Assembly (NCBI GenBank): GCA_023515725.1
Contig: JALDTO010000098.1
Coordinates: 332,463-396,462 of the forward strand
Length of the DNA: 64,000 nucleotides
Direction: 5' to 3'
Origin: Amoeboaphelidium protococcarum X5
Taxonomy: Eukaryota; Fungi; Aphelidiomycota
Shown here: in pieces, positions 40,286 to 52,411 of the stretch
Layout of the letters: each line of letters starts with the position of its first letter
Numbering within the stretch: the first letter of the stretch is position 1
The notes under the pieces: model-generated
Told to the model about the DNA's origin: nothing
The model's input: only the letters and a program-made list of their open reading frames with translations
Database searches by the model: none
Translations under genes and position numbers: made by a program

Positions 40286-41062
40286 TCACTTTTTGGAAAA
40301 GATATTAATCAGACGCGGCAGTGGGGTGAGAGCAGGTAGATCAGACAGAGAAATGTTGACAAACCACAATGGACTAGTGATGCCATCGACGAGATACAGG
40401 TAACCGTTGCTGCAGCTGAAACCAGTCGTGATATTCAGCTCATTGTAGTGTAATCCAACGCCGGTATCCAAGACTGGAGCACGGGCACTCTGAGCAACTT
40501 GAGACTAGTTGTAAGTAGACTGCCCAGGAGAGAATGGTACAGGCGATACTGCAGATCCACGCCAAATGGTCGCGTTAAGAGGAGATAGCAGAGTCTCAGC
40601 GGTGACATTCTGATTAGCCGAAGTAGTTAAGTTTGCACTCAGATCATAACTGCTATTCAGTGTGTGATAGCTGTACAATCCTGACAAAACGTTGAATGCG
40701 GTTCTTATCTCATTGATATTTCTCGGATTTGGTGCCACCACAGAAGAGTTGGTCTGGTTTAGCAGTTGCACCAGCTGTTGAGGTAGTTTACTATACGCGT
40801 CATTTATGGGAGCGAAGAAGGTGATTTGACCATTGACAGCGTCTCCTTAGATCTCAGAGCCATTACCATTCAAAATATTACGAAACTATGGAAGTTTTTG
40901 AATATTGTCCATAGTCTGTCTAAGTTCACCAGATCCAGACAAAATTTACAACATCACTTAATAAATGGATTGATCGCCAACTTCACTCGCTTGTCTCTTA
41001 TACAGCAAAGCATTGCTAGACAGAGCGGCGACAAGGCAGAATAGTTTAGAGTAATATTGCAT
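40286..41062 (-). CDS. Secreted fasciclin (FAS1) domain protein
   Basis: Signal-like N-terminus, H1 ITFFAPINDAYSKLP, SYH, H2 CSNGYLYLVDG and many N-glycosylation sequons. Confidence 0.8.
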
Positions 41063-42434
41063 GATACTGTAGATAGATAGCGTAGTGAAATTCGGTAAAT
41101 CGTATATTTGTATCATGAAAAGAGGAAGTATGATAGATGCACGAATTTATAGAGCCAGATTCAAATCGCACCAATGAATAACGCCGTGTCACTGCTTGAC
41201 TAACTATAGTTGACACCTACCATCACAATGACTTGTCTCTGTCCATAAACTTGTTCGCTCCTTATCATGATTATCTTGGTAAGAATCGGTAATTTATACA
41301 AGTTCAAAGGTCAACTATCACCACCCATCTACAGCATAATCAATATTGGCTCAGCGAAATATTACCATATCCAAGCTTAGGCCTGAAGACTTACAGATGA
41401 TATTCGATTAAAACAGTATACCTAACTCAAAAATATCAAGAAGACTCTTGAACGAGATCAGCAGTAAATTTTTTACAATTAAATACAGATACTCCGATCA
41501 ATCTTATCATTCGGCAACGAGATCTGTATCTCTTTTTCGATTCTTTCATCCCAACTAACCAGCATTTTACTGTAAAACATATTAAATCCAGAGCGCGTAA
41601 ATAATGACTCTGGCATTTTAAAATTTAATTCGATAAGAGCTTGCAAAGTCTAAAGTAAGTACTCAGTAATAATCCAATCATACATGTCATATCTGAGTTG
41701 TTTTGTAGTACGCGTCAAAGTCTGTCGAGAGACTAATGTCGTCACTGAATGGCTAATAAGAGAACGCGCTGGTAAATCTCCATCTATTCCTGAAATCTAA
41801 TAGAGAGTATCATGAACTGCAATAGAAATACCATCCCACCACCAATGCTACAGAGCTTCACAAGATTAAACTCTCTGCTCAACGCGTCGGCTTGGAATTG
41901 CCCAACAACTTTAAATCCATGATAGGCGAAGAGTGACTGACAATAGATTGTATCTCGTTACTATTATTGATTATTGATTAATGCTGTATGTTTTCATATT
42001 TTATTCTACTCTCTACTACTTGGAACATAATTAATAATCATAGCATTAATTATCAAAACATAAAGATATCAAAATGTGTCCAAGTTTTCCTACATAGTGT
42101 AGGTGTTGAGTTGTCAAGAACATTATATTCGATTTCTTACGAGCGGCAACTTAAAGCCCGTTTACTAAGCGTTCCCTACACGAAACAATAAATTGAATCG
42201 AATGGCAACGCGATAAAATTTCCATTCAAGAAAGCGGATTACCAGTTGGATGCAGTTTGTGAAACAAAATCGTTTGTTGATCGAGATTAAATTGTTTCTT
42301 TCTGTTTCTTCTTCTAGCTTTCATATTGATAAGGAGGATCATAATTGTTAACAAGCTTTATTATTTTAAGTAATTTATCTGTATTGTATTGTATTTGTCA
42401 GTGTAAGGAAAGGAAATTCAGATTGAGTATAAAT

Positions 42435-44201
42435 ATGATTTTACGAAGTTCTCCGTCAAAGTTGAATGAAATGGAGTTGAGGGATGGAAAGTCTATTGAT
42501 ACTACGCCTGCGCGGAAATCTTCTACTTATGATAGTTACAGGAGACGTTCTACGAGGCGTACATCATTGCAGCTGGATACAGTTCATGAAAATGATACCA
42601 CTCTTCCACCGCCGCCACCTTAATCTCCATTGTCTACATTATCCACAATGTCAGTGCAGTCATCATCCGCGGGTGGTGATCAATGGAATCTCAACTCCTT
42701 TGCCATTTAGCCATCTACTCCAGTGTCAATATTCCCTGCGAGTTTGGTGCGCTCACTTCCCTCTCCATCTACTCGCAGTTCTGTCATGCGTTCTTAGAAT
42801 GCGCCTAATGCTGCTGATAATAATAATAATAGTAATGCGTTTGATCTCTAATAAAGAAGAGTTACAAGAAGTCTTTCAAAGTCCTCTCTATCTTCGACTA
42901 GTGCCTCGTCTTAAGATAATTTATCATCGTAAGAGAGTAGTTCCAGCAACAGCAATGGCTTTTTTTAAAATAATGATGAAGATATATCAAGTAGTGCTAA
43001 AATTTCTGTTGGATCCCTGGCTTATACTGCATTAGATTACGTGCTTAAGTTAATTATGTATCTGATGAAGCAGTGCTGGGCTATACTATCACACTATCCT
43101 ATTCTTAGATGGAGTTCTCTGTCTCTAATAATGATACTATATTTATACAGGCAATTGATGCTACCATCTGATATCATAATTGAAGCAGCTATTAAAGCCC
43201 CTGTAGTAGATTTAATTAGTCCTTAAATTATGAAACTTTAAAGCTAATTGTAAAATGTTTTTTAATACATAGAGGATTCTACCAATAAGTTTAAACAAGA
43301 ACTTTATGATTAATGGTATGTGTAAGAGAATCGGATGAATTAATCATTATCTCAAGTTATTGAAAGATTGAATCTGGTTGAAGTCTAAATGCGATAGTAG
43401 GAAGAGGTTTAGTAGCTGTTGCAATAAGAATTGAAAGGAAGTTATCTTACTCAGCCGGACTCGAATTATAATGATGCAAATTATGCTAGTAGATATGCTG
43501 GTGCTAAAGTAATTCGCTATGCCGGAATGACTAGCAAAGTTTACGTTAGAGATTAGCATTCAAAGCCACAGGAATAGCTGTAGAATAATTTTAAATTGTC
43601 TTAGATTTGGAATTGGATTTCATAATCTGGATCCAGGCTCTTTATTTTAAGTCCATTCAGATTATGGTAAATCAGTGGTGTAAGTAGTAGTGGTAAGAAT
43701 TTTCCACCTGAAGTTGTGCTTGAAAATGCTAATGATTTGCAAATGGGAAAATGCTGGTGCTTTAAACGTGATTAAGGATTCTTGACGTTTAAGCTTGCCA
43801 AGTCAACGACCATTTAGCGTGTTGAATACAGGCACTAACGAGGCTTGACTGATCAATGGATGGCAGACGCTCCAAACGAGATTGAGATCTGGGCAATGTC
43901 GTTGCCTTTATACGCAGGATAATTGTCATAGCCAGAATAATCGCATTTGGAATACTTGTATTAAGGATTCTCGTCCACTTTTGGTAATTAGAGTCTTTAC
44001 TCATTAAAGAATGATGTTGATTCCAATGAAGCTACGGTATAAGCTGAGTTTTTAGGCCTATTGACATTCAATGCGTCTAGTTCGTAATCTGTGTCGATTC
44101 AAGTGTCTAACGCGTCACCGTTTGATGCCTTACAGTTAAGGATACGATCCAACCATGGGAATCCCGAATTTACATGTTTATACCAGATTGGAGTGTACTG
44201 A
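42435..44201 (+). CDS. SUN-domain (Sad1/UNC-84) inner nuclear membrane protein
   Basis: Ser/Arg-rich N-terminus, TM segment and coiled coil, then DYGKSVVQ, PPEVVLE, MGKCWCF and LRIRSNHGNPEFTCLYQIGVY before TGA. Confidence 0.88.
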
Positions 44202-44359
44202 AGTTAAGTGATTGAATTGAAATTGTTTCTATACAGTGTTAATGATATATTATATGCTCATCACTCCATCAATTGTTATATTACAAAGTACACACGTGGT
44301 CACATAATACAACCATAACACCACGCTGCTGTAGACACGTTATACATTATTTAAAGGTA

Positions 44360-45241
44360 TCATGAGATGATTATAACGCCATCTTCATGTGGCTTCTTCT
44401 TACGCCCTCTACTGTCATCTTTATCTTTCTTATTATCGACATCATCGATATCATCATCACTATCTTGAGTAAGATCTATGTAGATAATTTCGCCAGTATT
44501 ATTGGAGCACCATCGATCATCTCTAATACGTCGTAAAGCAGCTTATACGGCCAATTCTCTACCAGACTTTAATTGATCAAGGCCACGCGAATTACAAGTA
44601 GATCCACCTAATATGTACCCACCATTTCTTGTATTAGCAACATTACTAGTACCGCCAACTTGAATATTAAATCGCTTGAGAGTAGCGGCGCGAGCAGCAT
44701 CTTTAGCACTGATGACTTTATCCTCGCCATTACGATTAATCAACCGCTATGACGAAGATGCATTACTTCCTAGGCGATGTCCAGTGCCAGTAAACGCCAG
44801 ATAAGACTCTTTAAATGTAGTGTCAGTGAATTAGTACAGTCCGCTCATTGTCAACTTCTCCCATTCAGTGTACAACTCATCCAGGTACCGGTAAAACTTG
44901 TCGTCATGGGCACTGTGAACGTTATGGGTAAGTTCATGCAGCGTGGTGCCTATCAGATCGTGTCTGTCAATGAATTCATCAGCAGCAGCATTATTGTACC
45001 TGAGCCGTATTTTTATGTGCCATCCTCGATTGATATTAATGCCCAGCAGATTAGGATTAGATGGGTGGAATTCACTGAAATTCGGCACCCTCCACTTTCG
45101 CTTTATCATCAATGGCCGCACTGATGCAGCGATTTCTCTCAATATGTCCAGTGCTTTCTAGTGCTCCTTCTATCTCTTCAGCGCTGATATTTCAACCATC
45201 CCATACTCATTATCTTAGCGCTATTATTAAGATCGCTGCAT
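44360..45241 (-). CDS. WSS1: WLM-domain metalloprotease Wss1
   Basis: VRPLMIKRKWRV, LLGININRG, IKIRLR, TTLHELTHNVHSAHDDKFY, FTGTGHRLG and SIM-like IIYIDLT and VIIIS. Confidence 0.9.
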
Positions 45242-45518
45242 TTATATATCAAACTTCAAATTGCAATTTTTGAATAAAAGAGATTCATTTGTCTCTTTGA
45301 AATGAAAGATTAAGGAAAGTCAATGATCTTTCAACTTTATATTTCAGCCATTTGAATAAACTTTAACGCGTCAAGACAAGTATATGAATCAAAAGTGCAT
45401 AAAAGTACTCAATTTTCCTATATATTGATCAGATAGACGTGTTCATATTCTCAACACATAGCCATAGGCACATCAGCAACTGGAATGGATGATACTAGAC
45501 CCAAATAGCGACAGAAGA

Positions 45519-48135
45519 TCAAGCCAAGTACTGATAAACATCCTTCTGGCCTTCTACACGTTCCATGTACTCTTTATCTATCAGAATGTCAATACACTTT
45601 TTAATGTCCGGAATCTTGGGTTTAAAGCGCGACTGCACTTGATTAATAATCTCTTGGACCAGTTGAACGTGCTTGATCTGCTGCCTGGTCTTCATTACTC
45701 TGACAATGGCGGCCTGGATCAGCATTTTACGATCTTCCTCCACAGTCTTGTGAGTCTCCTCAACTTCTGCCTTCTGCTCAGACTTGATTGCCGCCTTGAG
45801 ATTGACTCGGATGCGCTTAGACTTGAAGTTGAAGTTCAATTCAAACGTGGACTGAGGAGTGAATGCACCGGCACTTATCGTTCCATCAACTTCGTCATCG
45901 TCATCCTTGTCTTCATCGTTCTATTACTACTTTGATGCTGCACCACTGGCAGTAGATGTGGACGCCACTTGAACTTATTCTGATGTTAATAGCACTTTAG
46001 CCTTGACCAGATTAGACAGGATACCAGTCAGAGTTTAATCATTCAAAGCAGTCACTTGCTACAACTACTAATAAGTCAGAGTTGGGCTATCGTTAAACGC
46101 CAACAGAACACCCATAGCATAAGTGTACGCCATAAAGATAAAGTTTCCTCCTTTAGGTCCAGCTTTGACGTAATTAGCCTTCAAATCTCCAGCAGATAGA
46201 TGGTGCAGCCAATTCAATTTCCTGCCAGAGTGCTAGCTCTAATAAAACGATTAGAACGCGTCATGATACTTTTGCATACCAAGAGGCAAGTTGAATGGCG
46301 TCGTTGGACTTTAAAGAGGCCAAGAGCCTGTAGCCAGAATCTTGATATAAAAGTCAATGTTGTCATTACTGCTATTGCCAGCTGCCACAACCGCCTATAA
46401 ATGCTGCTCCTGTTAACTCTTAAAACCATCGTTCAAATCTCTACTTAGAGACATATCTGTAAACATTCGACTCAATTTGTTGGTATACTCAAACCCGCAC
46501 GCCTCCTTCAACTTACTAATCATCGATGCTTCCGCTTCATCACTAACACTGGCATCATATACTAGTCTCTTGGCAAGCATCTTGGAGTAAAACTTCTGAA
46601 AAACATCCTTGTCCTCAATATACTTGAACACAGTCATAATATTGGCAAGGCCTTCTTCAACAACACCCATAGAACTAGCACCACTAATATCCATATTGTC
46701 ATCTGCACCAGCTGCAGATGCCTTACTAGATGAGCCCTTCTTCAGCAAAGAGTCGGCAAACTTGGCCAAATACTCAGGGCTCTTAGTGCTTGGTCTACAT
46801 AGACAGTTTCTATTCACAAACTCACGGCAAGCCTTGTCCAGCGACCCAACAAATCCAGCATCATTCTTGAAAGCACCGTTCACAACTTCCAGGAAATGTC
46901 TATACACTTACAAGAGACATTCGACATAAGACTTGGGATCAACGTCTTTGGACTTCTTGGTACCACCAGACTGGGTCTGACTCTTGATCTGGGATAACAA
47001 CTACTCCGCCGCAGCAAGACCACGATTCTTGACAAACTATTCAAATATATCCTTCAACGGATCAAGACCATTCTGAATACGACACAGCAGGTCGTAAGTG
47101 CGGGACAAGTCGGCGCGAGAATCCATCTCCAGCAGGGATGGAAATTGGTCAGCTATAGCCTGTTTGTATTGCTCAATGAGTACCGATTCGATAACACTTA
47201 TCAGCGGCTTCATGGTTGAGATATCAAGATAATAATCAACTCGATCATGCTCTTACTATAATCTAGCCTCCGCCATCTTCATGTACTCTAGCACGCCATT
47301 CTACTGAATAAACTGCTCAGCCATAACACGGTACCACTCCTTACTCGCCGCAATGAACGCGTCTTGAAAGTACTTCTTGTACACGTCCAACGTCTTTCTT
47401 GAAGTTTCCACCTCATCCAAGCCGAGCATAGAGTAAGAGGAGGTGATAGTCTTCAGCAGAGCAATGTCAGCGTGCTGAGTAGTTTGTAATACACCGGGAT
47501 TAAGTCTATGTCTCTCAATTAGACTTAACATGGCGACAGTAACTTTAGAATGAATATTCATAAACAAAAAGTCACGCCAAGACACCAAGCACAACGTATA
47601 CACGTCATACACATTCTTATTTCCCTCATCAGTCTGCCTCTTCACCCAATGTCTGTTCAGATAATTAAAAATACGGTTTATATACAGAGCCGCTCTGGTG
47701 AATCTTTACCATTCCTCAGAGTAGAACTTTAACAATTCATCTCCAACAAACTATTAACTTCTAGACTGCAGACCAACCAAATGATTCTTCAAGTATAGTG
47801 ACAATTGCTCATACAGAAACTCTCCCATTAAATTCGGCCCTCTCACCACCTGACTATTGGAACTGACTGGAATTCTGCTCATAGTACAATGATAATATAC
47901 ACTTGTATAAAGTCCCATATAACGATTATAAGACAAGCCTACATAAATAAATGGGCATTATTATTACTAGACGAATGGATGAATTAGAGCAATCAAATAC
48001 ATCTCACCTTGTTACAGCCTGGTCATAATCTGATCCACACCACTCTCAATGTCTCTCCACAACTCATCAGCTTCAGCCACTACACACTTGGTTATATAAT
48101 ATCAGAATCTATTGAAAATGATCAATATACATACT
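45519..48135 (-). CDS. CUL1: Cullin-1; introns 47939..48007 and 48080..48134 (the latter splits the ATG)
   Basis: [76 protein letters not shown] and [13 protein letters not shown]. Confidence 0.95.
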
Positions 48136-48388
48136 CTTTATTCCCAAACGATGTTCTAACTTTAAATTCGGGTGATACAAGAAACAACTCTAGATGTTAT
48201 TATAAAGAATAAATCGTTCAAGGTAAAGGAGCAAATGTGACTTGAACGGAGGAAAGAATAAGAGCGTAAAACGAAACTGAAGGGAACGACATAACTGTTG
48301 TATGAATTGTCACTTGAAACATTGCAGTGATAAAGTAGTATTCATCACGTTAGATTAAGAGCACTGAATTCTATCTTATATTTTATCA

Positions 48389-49596
48389 TCAACTTAAATA
48401 CTGCGAGCAAAATTGTTATTTATCCAAAGTACTTGAGACTTAGTTTAATTCATCAGGCATCAGCTAGAACTGATCAAGTTTTCTACGCGCGTCAATCAAC
48501 TGTTCTACGTCGGTAATGGGACACTGCGTTAAATAGGCGATTGCAAAATAATTTTCAGACTCCAAAGCCTATTTAATATACTTTGAAAGCCAATTACCAG
48601 GAAATATGCTCTGATGAAAACCTTATTCAAAGATTTACAACCCTGGTTACCCAATGGCAGTAAATATACCGCGCACAGCCATATCCTATTCTTGTAAGTC
48701 TGTGTTTCCCAGAATATACTACCACATTGCAATATTCCATTAGGAAAATGCAGAATCATACAAGTCATATATAATTTAACTAAAACGAGCCTCCTAATGC
48801 ATCTCCTAGATAAAGTCTGCAGATAGCAGTTAGTCCAATAATTCAATATTCCCCTTAAGACATATCTGTCGTGGTATCAAAGCCCAGACCGATCTATAGA
48901 CAATCTGAGACTGCCTTAAAAAATCCAACGCCGCTTCCCCAAGTTGATTCAAAATCTCCCCCAAGTAAAAGCTATACCGCTAGATATTGAAGTATGGAAA
49001 TATTACAGCATTAGCCAAAGGGAACGGAGGTAGTGACCCTGTAGAGACTGCAACAATTACTCGTCCTTCTTCTTCAGAGCGCCTCTGAAGCAAGATAAAA
49101 CGATGTCTGAAGGAAACGCGAAACGACCCTAACCGCAATATCTAGTCCACCAATAGTTTAAAACTATACTTGCACTAGGAGGCTGACATATTAATAACGC
49201 GATAGAATCTAGCAAATCTTATTCTTGTGGATTAATGCATTGCCAGACATTTTTTGCTTGAATAAAAAGTCCTTTATTCAAATACCACTTCATTAGCTGC
49301 GGTAATCGACCAGAACGCGTTGCAGCATCGAAAGGACTGATATGGTGACGAGTTTAACGCGCCAATCTATTGACCGCTATTGCTCTAGGCTCGTCAGTTT
49401 GTGAAAATATTCTTCCCTGTATTTCACTTGGAATCTGATTAAATTCAGTCGGTGAATAAGAGGAGGAGGAGTCCTGATTAAGCTATAAACGTTCGGCCTT
49501 TTCAGATGTCTGCTTCTCATCTTCAATGTTATGATTATTTGTCTGGCCCATTGCAATGCCAATCACAAAAATCAGAAACATCAGAATACAAGTCAT
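48389..49596 (-). pseudogene. Signal peptide + F-box-like motif + helical domain, with one apparent frameshift near 48960-49070
   Basis: MTCILMFLIFVIGIAMG leader and FNQIPSEIQGRIF. The 5' frame stops at TGA ~48949 while a second frame runs to TGA 48389; no suitable intron found. Confidence 0.45.
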
Positions 49597-49840
49597 TTAA
49601 AAAATACACAGCATTATAAATGGCTCTTTTTATTTTCTGGAGGTATAATTAGGGAGTAAATAATGCAATAACTAATCAGTAAAAAGTCATTTTTGAAGAC
49701 TTTATTACCATGAGAATCCAAGATCGACGACGAGAGGCCCCTTAGAGCCGCGAAACTTTTCGTGTGTCTAGTCGCATGTAGTGTCGCGCTGAGCATCGCA
49801 CCTGCACAGTTACTGCTTGATCTTCAAAATAGTAGAAAAA

Positions 49841-50449
49841 ATGGTGAAGGCTTGGTACTTTGATAATTGCAATTAAATCGATAGGCGGTAGCCACACATT
49901 AAATTGGACGCCGATGGAAATGAGATGTTACTGGACATGCAGCAGGTGACAGCGCTATCTCAAGTGACGCATCGAGTCATTAGAGTTGATAATGGCAGGG
50001 AGGCTTTTGAGGCGGAGCTGAATTAATTTTGTGCTAAACACAACTACAAGAATAGAGATGAGATTTACGTGTCTAAAGAGAAGATGGGCCAGTTATATGA
50101 AGAGAAATGTCGTATATTCTATGAGGAGCACATACACGAGGATGATGAGATCAGATTCGTGCTGGAAGGTAGAGGCTACTTTGATGTACGCGATAAGAAC
50201 GATGACTGGATTCGAATCATGGTTGAGGCTGGCGATCTACTGATACTACCGGCGGGGATTTACCATAGATTCACTTTAGATCTAGATGACTTCATTCATG
50301 TTATTCGCGTATTCAAAGAGGAGCCTAAATGGACACCCATCAATCGTCCTCTTGCTGATGAAAATCGCTTTCGTTTAGACTATTTGAACGCTGTCGATGG
50401 CACTGTGTCTCAAGATTGGAGGTCTACCACCAGTGCACCTTTTGTTTGA
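49841..50449 (+). CDS. ADI1: Acireductone dioxygenase
   Basis: [34 protein letters not shown] and [14 protein letters not shown]. Confidence 0.95.
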
Positions 50450-50522
50450 TTAAGTGGGTGAAAGGCTATTAATAAAGTTTGGATCGAATGTCGCGTTTCA
50501 ATTCTTTATCTTGCACTTTACA

Positions 50523-51185
50523 ATGATGAAGATAATCACTCAACATGGACCAATTGAGTATGAGTCACTTGATTATGTCTTATTTGAAGTACAGGATTTA
50601 AGGAATACTCTTCTGGAGGAGATCAGACGCGTATACCAATTTATGTGGACAACGCGACTTAATCACCCGAATTTAAATTTAGTTAAATAGCTTCACTTGA
50701 ATGGTGAAAAGTATAGTGGACTGGCACTATAAAGATCGTGTGAATCTGAAATAAGATTCGACTTGTACATTGACTGCGAAATTGTAGAAAGCCCGCTTTA
50801 CAACATGCACCGCTAATACTACATTCGTCACTTGAAACATTTAATGCATCACGAAATTTATCATGGTATTGAGGATATGTACGGAGATAGAGAAGACATG
50901 AACAAGCACTGGATCAAAGAATTCGCATAAATACCTTCTGCTGACAATGATGATGATGGAGAAGATGCACCCGCAGCCAGTCAAGACAATTTTGTTTCAG
51001 ATTACGCGCGCGTTTCACCCGAAGAAGATCGAGCAGAAACGTTTGCATTTATGATGATGATGATGGTGATGGCTGAGAAAACTGACAACACTGATGAAAA
51101 CGGTAGCCATACTAAAGATAGCCCAAATATATTTAAGAAGAAGGAATTCATTATTAACCAGTTATAAGACTGGCTTCAATCATGA
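50523..51185 (+). CDS. Putative zinc metallopeptidase (HExxH plus downstream EDxAE), bacterial-type
   Basis: MHHEIYHGIE and FVSDYARVSPEEDRAETFAFMM; ends at TGA 51183. Confidence 0.7.
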
Positions 51186-51959
51186 TGATGTTGATGAATC
51201 TAAAGAGTGTTCCTTCTGTTGCATCAAGGTACTTTCACTGTCGGCATCAGCGCACGGTGATGATATCTCGATACTTAGAGATTTAATATGCTTCTCAAAC
51301 TTTAACAGCTATTATTCAAATCCATAATTGGGCTTAATCTGTGGTCTTGCTTCTGCAGTTTTCTATACCGCTTCAGCCAGAGACGCCTTCTGGTACTTCA
51401 TTAAATACGCAATAATGATGGAGGCAGATCTCGAAATGCCCTGATTGCAATGCACCAAAACTGATCCATTGTCCTTATGCGCCTCATGTATAAATGGCAG
51501 AACATCGTCCAGAACTTTGAGTAACGGGGCATCAGGGATGTCTGCAATATCTTTTGCCAAGTATGTAAATTTCTCTGGGAACAGATTAGGAATATTGGTG
51601 GCAACATTCACCACATGCGTAATGTTGTTGGCAACGAGCACATCCAACTTCTTTGCAGCATCTCCGCTACTAATGTACAATCGATCAATAACCTACAAAA
51701 CATCAAGCTAATTCATCGATCAATTCAAATTGCATGACACTATTTAAAAAGTTACCTTGCACAGCTTAGTGTCTATGTAGTAGGCAGCTTCAGACTCTGT
51801 GAGATTGCCGTCCTTCTTCTTGTTTCCGACTAGAGTTCGCTTATACACACCATCTTCCAAAATTTCTTCATAGATGTTCAAATGCTTGTCAGTAACTGTT
51901 GATACCGTTCGCTTGCCTTTAAAAGTTGTCAAATGCTCTTTCAATGCTTCTAAATCCAT
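51180..51959 (-). CDS. Atypical dual-specificity phosphatase (DUSP19-like); intron 51693..51755
   Basis: ITHVVNVA, VLVHCNQGISRSASIIIAYLM and RPQIKPNYGFEQQL. Confidence 0.9.
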
Positions 51960-52411
51960 TTTAAATGCTTAAATACGAAATCTCCAGAAGAGAATACTTT
52001 CCGGAAGAAGTAAAATTTGTAACTGGCAACACTGAATCTGATGAATCAGTCATTATTCGCTCAAACAGTCGCTATCTGACTTCCGTTAATCGCAGTCGCT
52101 TTGATGCAGAAAACACTTGAACCGACCGCTTCATTCTCTTTTTCAAGTAGCCTCAATGAAGAAAATTTGCAAAAATAAATGAAGTATTTTTGATTACAAC
52201 AATTAACACCAAGATCTCTGAGAGGCTACAATAAATAATGCATTTTCTATTTAAGTATTTACGTGTAAATTTATTAATGTCGCGAATTTGCGTTTTAATG
52301 AAGGAAGACGCGTAAAGTATATGAATGATGAGAATTGCGAGCACTGATGCTGCATGTAAATGCACAATGATGCTTTATTTTAACTACAATTCTCTGACAT
52401 ATCACGTTCAT

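Noticed and set aside
41140-42100. Possible minus-strand gene between FAS1 and SUN
   Set aside because: Coding-like stretches switch frames without convincing splice sites or motifs.
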